Shown here: positions 1 through 13,730 of the stretch, one piece after another
Layout of the letters: each line of letters starts with the position of its first letter
Position numbering within the stretch: position 1 is the stretch's first letter
Source of the DNA: Octopus vulgaris
Taxonomy: Eukaryota
Assembly: GCA_951406725.2 (NCBI GenBank)
Contig: OX597831.1
Location: forward strand, 1,426,001-1,490,000
Reading direction: 5' to 3'
DNA: 64,000 nt
Made by a program: the position numbers and the translations under genes
Notes under the pieces: generated by a model
Databases searched by the model: none
What the model saw: only the letters and a program-made list of their open reading frames with translations
Told to the model about the DNA's origin: nothing

Positions 1-1077
1 CTTTTTTTTTTCCACCTGTCTGTGAGGCTCTAAAAAGGGTCATGGGGGCTGTCTGTTCTCTTGGTAAAATGATGAAAATTCTAAAAAAAAAATTGTAAAA
101 AAACTATACAGATGTGTCCTTTTGTAGTGGAATTTGGGAAAAACAAACTTGTTACCCTTTGTCTGGCGTATAATGACCATATTTATTAAGGAAACAGTCT
201 TACTAAACTACATTCCTCACTACACCAGAACAACACACAACTTGGACCCTTTATTGTCATTACAAACATGAGGCTTCTCAAGCTCTGGTAATTTCACACT
301 ATAACATCACATGTTATTTAACAGAAACTGAAGGACAAAGACTTAGGGTGCTACTAATCATCAGAAAATACCTGAACCCTCAATAGTTATCCCCTTCCAA
401 AGGCCACTTTGGGTTAATGTTCACATACCTGAAATTGTACTGATGACAGACAAACATCCAAGACATCATTCAATGGTAGCTCTTCTGAACTACCCCATAC
501 ACTCTGTAAAGTGGTTGGCATAGGAAGAGCATCCAGCTGTAAAAATTTTGGCAAAACTAAGGTACTGGAGCAAGAGGATTTCCACCAACCTATAGTATCT
601 TGTTAGACCACTCAAACCATGCAAACAAGGAAAGCAGATGTAAAATGCCTGCTTAGGTCTGAAGATTGATGTTTTACAAACTTGTCCAGTTCAAACCAGT
701 ATAACAAGACAGATGGAAGTTTCATTCTAGTCACTAGTTTGCAGAAATAACAGCTAAATTTTCCTAAAATTACATTCTACTGGCTCAAAAAAGGAAGGAC
801 ACATTGTTCTAGATATACAACTGTGCAATGATCATAACTAGAATACTTTTGATCAGAGATCTGCTCAGTTGTGACTAACTCAAGGTAAAAAAAAAAACAA
901 CAACTGACAAACTGGTAGTAGTGGTGGCAACAGGCAGAGCTGGGTTTTTTCTTTCTTTTTATTAGCCTTGTACTATTTTGTTCAGATTATCTCTATCTTC
1001 AAATAAATTGCAATTTATTAGTTATTAAACCAACTGTATTTTCTCTTTTTTTATTATTATTTTTTACTTTCTTGCAG

Positions 1078-1155
1078 TTCTTGGCTCTTGGCACTCATAA
1101 TGGTGCAATCCACATATTAGATCATGCCGGATACAACATCAAAGACATTCAGGCG
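1078..1155 (+). CDS. VPS41: VPS41 (HOPS complex subunit) internal coding exon, N-terminal WD40-like beta-propeller
   Basis: T-rich tract ending cttgcag| at 1077 and donor |gtaagt at 1156; 78 nt, phase 0. Translates FLALGTHNGAIHILDHAGYNIKDIQA, matching the recalled metazoan VPS41 segment FLALGTHxGxVYLLDxQGN. Confidence 0.9.
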
Positions 1156-1848
1156 GTAAGTTGTTTATTTAATTCTTTATCGTAAGATCCTGATTTCAGC
1201 ATTTATCTTCCATTGGGTTCACAACTGTATGAGCCTACACTAACTATCCAATTGTGGGATGGACCAGAGCAAGAACCAGATGAAGGTTGTTGTTATGGAT
1301 ATGTCAATGTAATCTGAAACTGTGCATAGACTAACACAGGGTACTCCTTGAGGTTGTTACCCCCCAATTTGGAGATCCTTTCTTATTGTTGTTTGGTTCT
1401 ATATGTTATTATTGTTATTTATTGATGTGTATTCTTAATTGTTTTGGTGGCCTTGCCCTTTTATTCATCGTAAATCCCCACCCCGTAGTTCCTGCTTGTT
1501 GTTTCCTTTTGGAATTCATGTTTGTAGTTTAGTTGTGTTTGATGTTGAAACAGTCGAAAGGTTTGAGAACAGAGCCGTTCTTCCCAGGTCAAGCCCTTAT
1601 CAACTTTTTCAAGCACTAACTTGAAAAGGAAGGTGAAGGAAGAGAGGGAGAGAGTAAATTTTATGAAAGGAGCAGGCATGAATGTGTGGTTGGGTAGTTC
1701 TCTCTCAACCACATGGTTTCTTGTTCAATCTCATTGCCTGGCCAATGGAACTGAACTTCTTTTACAGCCTTAGTCCAACCAAAACCTTGGGAGTAGATTA
1801 ATTAAACAGAAGCCTATTGTGTGTGTCTGTGTGTGTGTGTGTGTGTGT

Positions 1849-1885
<37 letters not shown>

Positions 1886-2348
1886 TCCTGACCTCATGTA
1901 ATGATTGTAAGTAAGTGTCACTATCAAACATTTATTACCAGTCTTCCATGAAAATATGTTTGGCCAACGGGAAATATCAACTTACTCAGAAACAAAAAAT
2001 TGGCAACAGGAAGGGCATCTGGCCATCGAAAATTTACTTCAATGAATCATGTCTGACCCATGCAAGCATGGAAAAGTGGATGTTAAAACGATGATGATGT
2101 AGGTGATAGTGGTAAAATTGCTGTGACTAAATGGCCCTACTCTATGCAGCTGTTGATTAATGGCAAAAATTGGAATAAGTAATTGCTTTTGCTTATCAGG
2201 GTAGCCCAGGATTGTGTGTGTGTGTGTGGGGGGGGTTACTCCAAAATACTCTATGCAGCTGCCCCTCCCCTACTTTCTCATCACTCCTTAATTTGGTGAT
2301 CCATTTTTGTGTTTTATGTACTGTTGTTTACTATTATTATTTATTATA

Positions 2349-2548
2349 CCCGTGCCAGTGGCACGTAAAAAGCACCCACTACTCTCTCAGAGTGGTTGGC
2401 GTTAGGAAGGGCATCCAGCTGTAGAAACTCTGCCAAATCAAGATTGGAGCCTGGTGCAGCCATCTGGTTCGCCAGCCCTCAGTCAAAATCGTCCAACCCA
2501 TGCTAGCATAGAAAGCGGACGTTAAATGATGAATGATGATGATGATGA
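2349..2548 (+). mobile_element. Retroposon 3' tail family ending in (GAT)n (RTE-type LINE tail or derived SINE), well-preserved copy
   Basis: Motif gtggttggcgttaggaagggcatccagctgtagaaac...catgctagcat-gaaagcggacgttaaa-(gat)n. Related copies at about 495-645, 6948-7100(-), 7383-7530, 8490-8960(-), 22636-22795, 33810-34020(-), 35175-35360, 37970-38177 and 63930-64000(-). Confidence 0.7.
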
Positions 2549-3065
2549 TATTTCTGTGTCTTTATTGATTGGTTGATCTTGCTCATTGTAAATCTGCTAC
2601 AGTTGCTTGTTTATTTATAAGAAATGTCTCCATGTGCAATTAAAGCAGATACTCAGTTGCTGATGAAGTTCCCCTCACAAGATCAAAACTAATCTGGTTG
2701 ATCCCTCTTTTTCTATATATATATATATGTGTGTGTGCATGTTTGTGTTTATGTGTCTGTCTGTGTGTCTAACCACACAGCTATCCTTGTGCAAGGTGTT
2801 TACATCTGTCTGTCACTTACAGCATTGGCTAAAATTTATAGATATATTCTGTAGTACAGTATAGCATATATACATACATTTAAATATGAATAGGTGTGCA
2901 TGTATAGAGCCTCGTGGTCAAGAAAGTGAAATTCAACTAATTAGATGTGAAGTATTGGCTGCAATAACCATAAACAACTCTTGTCCCTTGGCATAATATA
3001 GTTTTGAAATTCACACCTGTACCTACACACACATACATGTATGCGTATGCATGCATGCTTGTATG

Positions 3066-3097
<32 letters not shown>

Positions 3098-3478
3098 TTA
3101 TGGGTGCATGTATGCACACATACATGCTTGTATACATAATATTCATAGTTGATGCACACAGACCGTGTAATGTGTGTGTGTGTGTATGCCTATGAATGTA
3201 TGTTAATACATACATATCAACACAAGCACCCACATCTTGTTCAAACCTGTTTTATTCAGTATCACCATTATTGTACATGTAAGCATGGCTGGAAAATATT
3301 GCAATATATTGCAATAAAGAAGAGAATCATGTCTGCTTTTCAAATGGAAGTGTTTTGACCTTAAGCATGTATGAATCTCTTTCACCTGAATAAAAGGCTA
3401 CAGACACACACACACAAATGTATGTACATGTGTATGTATGTATGTATGTATGTATGTATATAATACATACATACATAC

Positions 3479-3516
<38 letters not shown>

Positions 3517-5848
3517 GAACTGCTTATTCAGGATCACTTTGATGAATAGTAAGACACCCACACACACAAGCACACTCAAAGACATCTAATGGATCCAGAA
3601 CTTCATTGAACTGGTTACTAAAAGTTGTATTGGCACTGATAAATCAATCAATATCTAAAACGTGAAGCAATAAGAGAGAGAGGTAGAGATAGAGAGAGAA
3701 ATTATTGCTCGAAATATTGAGATGTCTGACATATTGATGCTTTCAGAAAATCATTTTTCTGTCGTCTCTACCAACATCAAACGATACCACCACCCCCACT
3801 ACCATCATGAACCAACAAGAGAGCCTTTGCAGGGTCATTTCGAAAATAGCAATCAAATTTTCCTCATCCTGGAAAATGCAGCCAAATCTTCCTCAAATCA
3901 CATCATCATTTTCATCATAATGCTCACTTTTCCATACCTGCATAGTTGAACAGAATTCACTAAAGCAGATTTTCTACAGCTAGATACCATTCCTGTTGTC
4001 AGCCCTTGCCTGTTTCCAAGGAAGGTTGTATAATATTTCCTCATTGCCAAGCATGTTTCTCACAGGAGATTGAATATCAAAAAATTGTTTGTTTACAAAA
4101 CAATCAGTGTTGACATTTGTTTACAATTATCACAAGATGTCTAGAGAAAAGGGTCACTTCCCCTATCACTTCACATGCATGAATGCATAGAGACAGACTG
4201 ACAGACAAACAGACTTCTTTCAGTTTTTGTCTACTAAATCCATTCATTAGGCTTTGATTGGCCAGGGGCTGCAATCAGACATATGCTTGAATACCAGATA
4301 ATGTGGTCCCAGATTCCTTGGGATGGTCATAGTTAAAGTACCTTTGATTGTACGTCAGCTTGATCAAGGTAAGCCTTATGTTAAAGGTAATGACTACCAT
4401 TACATTATCGTAAAGCCTACAGGAAACCCTCTATATGGTCACTTGACTTGCTAGAAATTGCAGGCAGATATCCTACATATAACACTATATCAAAAAAAAA
4501 TAAATAAAGACCTTGAATAATGCCTTATTACATTATTCCTTAAGAATAAATGGAATGGTTGCAGCTGGAATGTCATTGATGAAAGGTTTGCTCAATCAGT
4601 GCTGATCTGGAGCTAAATATTAATTATACCTAACATAGGCAAGGGCCAGAAATGTTTTGCAAGGAGAGTAGATAATTATACCAACTCCTGGACTTAACTA
4701 ATACTTCATTTTATCATCTCTGAAAGGATGAAAGTCAAAGTTGTCCACAGCAAGATTAGAACTCAAAACAAAAAAACAGTAATTAAGTACTACAAGGAAT
4801 TTTGTCTGACATTCTACTGATTTTATCAATCTACTGCTTTGATGACAGTGGTAGTAGTGGTGGTTTCTTATGTTGCCACAAGGCCTTAAATTTTGGATTA
4901 AACTGAACTCAGTAATTCCTTGCTGTTTTATTTTATCAGGCCCCAGAGGGATGAAAGGTAAATTGACCTTGGTGAGATTTGAACACAGAACATAAATAAC
5001 TGGAAAAAATACTACTAAGCATTTTGCTATAACAATTCTGCCAATCCACCACCATGATGATAGTGGAGGTGGTTGTCATGGCAATGGTAATTACGATGGT
5101 GGTGATGGTAGTAGTGGTGGTTTATAATTTAGGTGCAAAAGTTGCAGTTTGAGGGAAATGGGGTTAGTCAGTACCATCAACCATACTTGCCACTTGGCTG
5201 TTACTTTATTTTCCTACCCTTGGAGTGATGAAAGGCAAATTTGGCCTTGGCAGCATTTGAACTCAGCCTGTAAAGGGCTGGAACAAATATCACATTGCAT
5301 ATTGTCCAACATGATAATTATTCTGCAAATCCGCCAATGTGTTGATGCTACTTTCGGTAGCGGTAGTAGCGGTGATGACAGCATCATTATGATTTTCATT
5401 AATGTCCAAATGTCCATTTTCTATTGTCATGATGATACAATGTCTGATATTACATCTCTGTGCTCTGTGCTATGTCATGTCATCTGTAAGGTGGAGTATC
5501 TTTAATATCTCAGCTGGAAACGGTAGTTAATTGTTAGCTCAGCAGCATAGTTAGGTCAGATACATTCACCATGCCCGTACATACATCATTTCAATGGCTT
5601 AGTCAGAGGAGGAGGGAGAGGAACAGGGACTGACAGTGGAGAAAGGAAGAGGAAACTAAGAACTTTGGGTTATCATTGGATTGGAAACCAGGTTGAAATA
5701 ATTGCAACTGTGCAGATTCTGCTAAAGACAGACAATAAACTGGTTAGTGGTACCAGGGACGGCTCTTCCGCCTCCTCTAGTGTTTTTGTTGTTGTTGTTT
5801 AACTATATGGTTGAGTATGTCTCAATCTATTGGATCTGTAAATATACT

Positions 5849-6075
5849 TTAACCCTTTAGTGTTCAGATTATTCTATCAAACATAATGCTTATTGATTCA
5901 CATTGATTTGAATTAATCATGCATTATCCCATATCTTCAAGATCTTGATGGTGTAATTACTTAATGTAGAATAACATTGTAGGGTAGGTGTGAGAGCCTG
6001 GATCTGGTCAGTTTGAACATAAAACAGAATAACTATTTTGGCCGGATATGGCCGGTTTAAATACTAAAGGGTTAA
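5849..6075. mobile_element. piggyBac-type MITE family A (TTAA TSD, CCCTTTAG...CTAAAGGG termini)
   Basis: TTAA|CCCTTTAG at 5849-5860 and CTAAAGGG|TTAA at 6064-6075; ~220-bp non-coding interior. Decayed copies at ~32070-32262, ~40821-41035 (inverted), ~51356-51580 and ~62660-62870 (inverted, left end lost). Confidence 0.8.
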
Positions 6076-6140
6076 ATGAACCACTTTGACACAATATACC
6101 TGTAATAAGCACCTTTGCATTATTTGTATGTCAATAAATG

Positions 6141-6560
6141 TGCAGGCATGGCTGTGTGGTAAGAAGTTTGCTTCTCAACTTCATGGTTCCAGGTTCAGTC
6201 CCACTGCATTGCACCTGGGGCAAGTATCTTATACTAAAGCCTCAAACCTACCAAAACTTTATAAGTGGATTTGGTAAACAGAAACTGAAAGAAGCCCATC
6301 ATATATGCTTACCTGTAAATCTATGTGTATGTGTGTGTGTGTATGTCTTTGTGTCTAAGTTTGTCCCCCACAACCACTTGACAACTAGTGTTGGTGTGTT
6401 TACATCTCCATAACTTAACAGTTCAGCAAAACAGACTAGTAGGATAATTACCAGACTTTAAAAAAAGAATGAGTATTAGGGTTGATTCATTTAACTAAAA
6501 TTCTTTAAGGCAGTGCCCCAGCATGGCCATGACCTGACAACTAAAACTAGTAAAAAAATA
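6141..6560 (+). mobile_element. tRNA-derived CORE-like SINE family A, decayed copy
   Basis: Head gcaggcatggctgtgtggtaagaag...ggttcagtcccactgc, core-like motif cctggggcaagt, internal (TG)n, tail gccccagcatggcc...aaaactagtaaaa. Confidence 0.7.
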
Positions 6561-8489
6561 AATGCAGTTATGAATTTCTGGCAGCAATGTGCCAATTATT
6601 ATTGAATGTTGGATGGAATAAATATCTGTAAAGCTACAGTGATTGGCTACAGCACTTCAGGCATTCTCCCATCACCAATCTAATAAGTACAGGGAAGTTT
6701 ATGTTTATATTAGGACATTAAATAAAGCTAAAACATGTATGGTATGAGTCCCATGCTCTCAGAAACATTCAAAATATCATTCATCATTGACTAATGTTGA
6801 CTTTACCTTATGTCAAAATTATTACTGACCAACCAAAATGTTTCCTTTTGGGTGGACCCTTGGTGAAGTTCCTGCAAGGGGCTCCTGGGCCATTGGTCTC
6901 AAGTAAGATTGCAAAATTGAAGAACCCATGAAAAATAAATATGTGATCATCATCATCATCACCGTTTAACATTCCTTTTTCCCATGCTGGCATGGGTTTG
7001 ACAGTCTGACAGGAACTAATGAGCCAGAAGACTTTATTAAGCTACACTGGCTGCTTTGGAATAGTTTCTGTGGCTGTATGCCCATCATGGCATAGTTACT
7101 TTACAACTTGTAATGGGTACATTTCTTGTGGCTCTATCACCAGCAAGATTACCAAGTAACTCACAAGACAAGGCCCTTCAACTGAGGTGGGAAAATATTG
7201 AGGAAAAGGCTGAGAGGTTAAAGTATGACATAGGGACAGTAACAGGTGACCTTAAAGTAGAAGTGATATATGGCTACACCGGCTGGAAAAGAGTAGGTGG
7301 GGGAGAAACCAGAGAAAGAAAGAGAGATGGTGGTCAAGCTGTGTTGGGATGTGACTTCAAGTTATAGGGAAGTAAATATAAGTGAACTGGCATTAGGAAG
7401 GGCATCCAACTGTAAAAACCCTGCCAAATCAGGCTGGAACCTGGAGCAGCTCTCCGGCTTACAAATTCTAACCAAACCATCTAACCCATGCCAGCATGGA
7501 AAGCAAATGTTAAATGATGATGATGATGGTACAGATAATTGAACAGGGAGAGTGAGCAGGTAAGTTTGTGAGAGTGTGACAGGAGAGTGAGTGATAGAAG
7601 GGAGGGGAGTGCAGTGAATGGTGAACACAGATAAGAGGCAGTGGGTGTTAAGAAGATGAGTTGTGGGGGAGAGATTCATCAGGGACAAATAACATCTATA
7701 ATTCTTTATTTGCATAAATAAGGTGTGTCACGCAAGGTATTTTCAAGTCATAACTTCACCCAGTCTTCTGGAGCTTTTTTAATGATTTGTTGAATCTAAA
7801 GTTTCTCCCAATCTGCTTTTTTTTTCTTTTTTTTTTCTTTTTTTTAAATTTAGGTATATCATTTCTCCTCACTTTTCATTTTGTTTACCACCTTTCTATC
7901 TTGATATTGATATATATATATACAACTTTCCTAACATTGTTTCAATGAAAATAAATGTAATTTTTACATTTTGCAAATTCTAGTTTGGGAGAAAAATTAG
8001 ATTAGCTACAGATACAAAAGAAAATTTTTTCTTCTTGAAAACTGGACTCAATATGTGGAAACTGACTTTCACTTAGAGGGAAAAGATTTAATTAGTAACA
8101 AAAGTATCAGCAACAAGAAGAATGTTTTACTGCCAAAGCATATTGTAAGAGTTAAAGACATTCCAAAAATGTGGATTATTCTCATTCCTTGTTATCCACT
8201 TTCTAAACATATAAAATATAATTCTCCAGCCAGTATCCAGCATGTTTGGTCTCTCTTTCAACTATTGTCATATGAACTAAAGATGTTATGAAGTAGTTCA
8301 AATTTTTTCCACAGGTTGGTGGACAAGAGTAGCATAGAAACACTCCTGATGGTGTTACCCTAATTCCAAATATGTGCCGTTTGTTGGAGTAGACGTCTGC
8401 CGCCAGATGGAAGGGGATGAATCTATAATTCAGAATGCCATACAGACATACATAAAAATTCACATTTAGTTGTGTAGATATATGCATGT

Positions 8490-8960
8490 CATCATCATCA
8501 TCGTTTAACATCCGCTTTCCATGCTAACATGAGTTGGACGATTTGACTGAGGAATGGCAAATCAGATGGCTGCACCAGGCTCCAATCTGATCTGATCTGA
8601 CTGAGTTTCTACAGCTGGATGCCCTTCATAATGCCAACCACTCCAAGAGTGTAGTGGGTGCTTTTACGTGCCACCAGCCAGTCAGGCGGTACTAGAAACA
8701 GTCACACTCTAGTGGTGTTTTTTACGTGCCACCTGCACAGGAGCTAGTCCAGCAGCACTGGCAACAACTTCGCTCGAATGTTTTTCATGTGCCACCGGCA
8801 CAAGTGCCAGTAAGGTGACGCTGGTAACAATCACGTTTGAATGGTGCTTTTTATGTGCCACCAGCACAGAAGCCAGTAAGCTGCTCTGGCAGTGATCATG
8901 CTCGGATGGTGCTTTAGCACTCCACTGGCACGAGTGCCAGTCATCGAATTTGCAAATTTG
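8490..8960 (-). mobile_element. (GAT)n-tailed retroposon with internal tandem subrepeats
   Basis: Reverse complement of the 2349 family, extended by about 5 degenerate units containing 'gtgccacc-gcac--gccagt...'. Confidence 0.7.
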
Positions 8961-9916
8961 ATTTGATTTTGATTGTAGATATATTATTTGTGTAGATATA
9001 TGCTCATAGCTTTTTTAGGGGTTTTTTTTTTATATGTTGAAAGGGTCTTTACTATATTTTATGTGTTATCTACTTTGTTTAAAAGTCAGGAAGTCATACA
9101 GGTCCATAGAAATTCACTTTTATCTGTGTAAATTAGCTTTTTAAAGTTCACTACATTAACTATATTAACACTAATAACTGGAAAATTGCAACTAATATTC
9201 AGTTGTTGTTGTGTTGATCAAAGCCAGTTCTGGTATTTTCTTTAAATTGGACTGCCGCTACTGCTGCTGCTTTTGTTGTTGTTGTCCTTTTCCATCTTTT
9301 TCCTCCTCCTTCTCTCCCTAATTAGACAAATCTAGAATCAAAGATGATATAGATATGTTCATCCCACATTTTATGGTCAAGCGCTGTGTGTAATAACTAC
9401 GACAATATTATTCAATAATTTGTTGTCTTTGATTTATAAAGATAGTAGCATCTGATTTAAGGGGGATTCAGCTAATATTTCTGCCTGGGTGGGTAATCAT
9501 ATTGAATCTCTCTTAATTGCTGTCATTACTGCTGCTATTATTGTTGTTGTTTGACCCCAGTCAGTTGTATTTCATCAGACCTGTGACAAAAAGATACCCA
9601 TAAGTCCAATACCTTGAAGATAACAACAACGTCATTGGTACATAATGTCCTAATGAAGGATTGGGTGGTCATAGCTGGAGTATCTTTAACACAATGTGTG
9701 AATAAACAGTACAATAATCATGGTTGGGACAACTTTGTTCATAGGTTTACTCAATCGTAAACAGCAATTATTTACAAGCTGATGGATCCAGCTAACAAAC
9801 TGTGTACCTTCTACATTGATCAATGAAACAGCATCAGATCATCCATTCTACTATAACACGATGGTTGTGTTTGTGTGTATGTTGGAGTGTGTGTATGTAT
9901 ATATATATATATATAT

Positions 9917-10214
9917 GTGGAGGCGCAATGGCCTAGTGGTTAGGGCAGCGGACTCGCGGTCGTAGGATCACGGTTTCGATTCCCAGACCGGGCGTTGTGA
10001 GTGTTTATTGAGCGAAAACACCTAAAGCTCCACGAGGCTCCAGCAGGGGGTGGTGGCGATCCCTGGTGTACTCTTTCGCCTCAACTTTCTCTCACTCTTT
10101 CTTCTGTTGGCCTGCTCGCTTAGCCAGCGGGGTGGCGTCATTTGAAGGCTAAAATTATATGCGAAGCGCATTGTGACCAGCGATGTGTAACATCTGATGG
10201 CCTGGTCGGTCACG

Positions 10215-10219
<5 letters not shown>
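9917..10219 (+). mobile_element. Young tRNA-derived SINE inserted in (TA)n
   Basis: tRNA-like head with Pol III A box (tggcctagtggttagg) and B box (ggtttcgattccc); CpG-rich; flanked on both sides by (TA)n; no complete tRNA acceptor stem. Confidence 0.8.
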
Positions 10220-10247
<28 letters not shown>

Positions 10248-10249
<2 letters not shown>

Positions 10250-10462
10250 TCTTTACTCTTTTATTTGTTTCAGTCATTTGACTGTGGCCATGCTGGAGCA
10301 CTGCCTTTAGTCAAGCAAATCGACCCCAGGACTTATTCTTTGTAAGCCTAGTACTTATTCTATCAGTCTCTTTTGCCGAACCGCTAAGTTACGGGGACAT
10401 AAACACACCAGCATCGGTTGTCAAGCGATGTTGGGGGGGGACAAACACAGACATAAACATAT

Positions 10463-10521
<59 letters not shown>

Positions 10522-10686
10522 TACGACGGGCTTCTTTCAGTTTCCATCTACCAAATCCACTCACAAGGCTTTGGTCGGCCCGAGGCTATAGTAGAAGACA
10601 CTTGCCCAAGGTGCCACGCAGTGGGACTGAACCCGGAACAATGTGGTTCGTAAGCAAGCTACTTACCACACAGCCACTCCTACACC
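10248..10686 (-). mobile_element. SINE family A, full-length copy
   Basis: Reverse complement of the 21837 and 51973 copies along the whole length, with an internal (TA)n expansion. Confidence 0.85.
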
Positions 10687-11383
10687 TATAAATTATATAT
10701 ATATATATATATTTATACATATAATTTAATCCTTACTCAATGTATATAGAAGAAAACTGAATTTTTAAAGGGACTACAGAGAGATGAGTGAAATGGAGGA
10801 CTGGTGGGGGGAGCTTCTCTTTCAGAACCCTTGGATTTTTTTTTTTGCTGCTGTATAGTTTGTGGTGTGAGAAATTAATTTATTCAGTATTCAGCTTAAT
10901 GTGGATTATATAACAGCTTTATGATGGGATAAAAGGAAAGATCCTCGCTGTGGAATTTCAGCTGAGGTGCCATATTTAAGGAAATGTCATGGGCAACATG
11001 ATCATGCATAAGCCACGTTGAGATTAGCAGTGTGAAGAGTTTGTGCCTTGGGGAGGGGCAGAAGTGTGAGGAAGGGGCTGTGTTTGCTTGTGATCTATGA
11101 TAATGATGGTGGGGGGTTATTATTTTTGTTGTTGTTGTTGTTGTTATTGCTATTAACATGGTAGGGAAAGCTATTCTAATTTATTGCTAAAGGTTGTGCA
11201 GAGAATTACTGGGATGGGAATGTATGGGTGACTGCACAGTGATGTTTATATGTGTATATATATCTGTGTGAGTGTGTGTGTAGTGTATATATGCATGTAT
11301 ATAATTTATCATATGTTTATGTATATTCATATATATATATGCATGTATTTAATTTGTCATACATATACATATATATGTGTGTG

Positions 11384-11424
<41 letters not shown>

Positions 11425-11574
11425 CAACAGTATATGTTGTGTAAGATATGTATTTATGCATAATGTTATGTGTTTAATGTATAATTGTGCGATACATGCA
11501 TGTTTAAATGCGTGTATATCAATATGAATATATCCTTGTATATGTATTGTCTATTTTATATGTGTGTGTATGTC

Positions 11575-11611
<37 letters not shown>

Positions 11612-11864
11612 CCATATATATGTACACATACATATAGGCTGTGATTTATGCATAAGGATTTGTGTGTGCGTAAATAATGCACACACACACACTCATTTAA
11701 TATATATACAGTTTTTAATCACAGGCATGTATATTATGTCATGATGATGATGCATATGCACACATACACACACACACACACATATTTACACACAAAATAT
11801 AGAATATAAAACAAAAGCATATACACACATCCATGTATGTACAAACACACACACACACACATAG

Positions 11865-11895
<31 letters not shown>

Positions 11896-12229
11896 CACAC
11901 ACACACACAACTTAACTCTGGATATAAACATTGGAAATTGGAGGAGAAAAAATATTGTAAACTCCGATAAGAATCAGAATATGAATCTCTTGGTAACCAA
12001 GCAAAAATGCTAATGTCAATACATTACTCTCCGTGGCTTTTAAATTAGTCTATGTCCTGGATGCTCACGTAAGCTATCAACTATTTTAATTGCAACTGCA
12101 CATACACGTTTCCCCACCTAAGCCCTTCCCAGTCTGTCCTGCTCCAACACCAGGAACACACTGATGCTAAGGCTGAAAATATCTGCATTCATAACCACCA
12201 TTCCTAACAGTTCTCCCACCGCCACCTTC

Positions 12230-12633
12230 AAAGGATGCATTCCCTAGCTAGCTCTTTCTCCTTCGTGAGGCCCTTCATTCTTTCCTTCTCTAACAGGGAT
12301 CTCTCCCAACTTTTAGCAACATACAAAAGTGCGTTCAATTCCCAAGACAGGTGACCTCTCTGACCTGTTGTTAGTCAGCTATCAACCTATTGCCCACACT
12401 GTCAATATTTCAAACATGATAGACACAATCATAGATAATGACCTCCCTCATCAATTTAAATCTCATCCTTTTCACTTCTCCTTGACCATCACCACAGATT
12501 CTATAAAGCCCAGTTTACTTGACACTTGAGCCCCCCCCCCATGTCACACATCAGTATGTCTCTCTCACCTTCTAAGAACTTTGGCAAAAGCAGAATTATC
12601 TTTGATGACTAAAAAAACCTTTGAGCTTGTCTA
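12230..12633 (+). pseudogene. Degenerate CR1/Jockey-group LINE reverse transcriptase fragment
   Basis: VRSIPKTGDLSD..SYQPIAHTVNISNMIDTII followed, with frameshifts, by DHHHRFYKA and KNFGKSRIIFDD*KTFELV; matches RT motifs PIPKKG..NYRPIAL / DHQYGFR / LDISKAFDRV. Confidence 0.7.
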
Positions 12634-12670
12634 GTAGTCATCGTAATAATAATAATAATAGTCATAATAA

Positions 12671-13206
12671 TCTACATATATATGTAAAATCCTTTGTCTC
12701 TCTGTCTGTTCCCAATACAGATAGTGCTGACTGCCTCAAGGGTGAGTATCTCCACTGACAGCTTTTCAGTGGGTTCAAAAATTACGCACCCCCCCCTCCT
12801 CCCAATTTTCCATGATAGTTTAGGGTATGAAATCCTCCAAACGAACGTATTGTATGTCGCTTGGTCGAATCAGAACATTGTTTACTCCACAAATGCTTTA
12901 TTGTCAAAGCTGCATTTTCCTTGTATCACCTGTTTCAACATAACTGTAATATGTGTACCGTTGGCGATTTTTTTTTCCTCTGTCTTCCCTTCTCTGGATC
13001 TTTCCTTCTCCTATGTTTCCGACGAAGATTTCCACTCTAAACGTTAAACCTTCTTTCCTTCTTTCCTGAGCATCCAATAATACTATATTTGTTCCATGTC
13101 CTCACGTTGTTGTGTGTTTTTGTGCTTTCTTGTTTGGATTAACTATATATATATATATGCAAACTATACCATTTTAATCCTGAGCAATGCCAGGTATCTT
13201 TGCTAA
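12671..13206 (+). mobile_element. Non-autonomous Helitron-like element
   Basis: A|TC 5' end (tctacatatatatgtaaaat...tgtctctctgtctgt), 3' subterminal hairpin cctgagcaatgccagg at 13179-13194, terminal CTAA|T; inserted between A and T of an (AAT)n tract with no TSD. Confidence 0.6.
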
Positions 13207-13229
13207 TAATAATAATAATAATAATAACA

Positions 13230-13699
13230 ACCTTTTATACTGTATGCACAAGGCCTGAAATTTAGGACGAAGGTGCTAGTCGATCACGTCAACTCCAGTG
13301 CTCAACTGGTATTTATTTCATCAACCCTGAAAGGATGAAAGGCAAAGTTGACTTTGATGGAATATGAACTCAGAACAGAAAAAGAGATGGTTTGCCCGTA
13401 AGCAATTTCTGCATTGTGCTAATTATTCTGCCAATTTGCTGCTTTAATAATAATGTTTCAAATTTTGGCACAAGGCCAGCAATTTTAGAGAAGGAAGTAA
13501 GTCAATTACATTGACCCCAGTACTTGACTGGTACTTGACCTTCATGGAATTTGAACTCAGAATGTGATGACAGATAAAATGCTGCTAAGCATTTTTCCCC
13601 AGTGTGTTAACAGTTCTGCCAGCTCACCACCATGATGATGATGATGATAATGATAATAATAATAATAATAATAATAATGATAATCAATGTGTGTATGTG

Positions 13700-13730
<31 letters not shown>

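Noticed and set aside
9917-9995. tRNA gene
   Set aside because: A and B boxes are present, but the sequence runs directly into a SINE body with no proper acceptor stem or terminator; the same holds for 31180-31255 and the family A heads.
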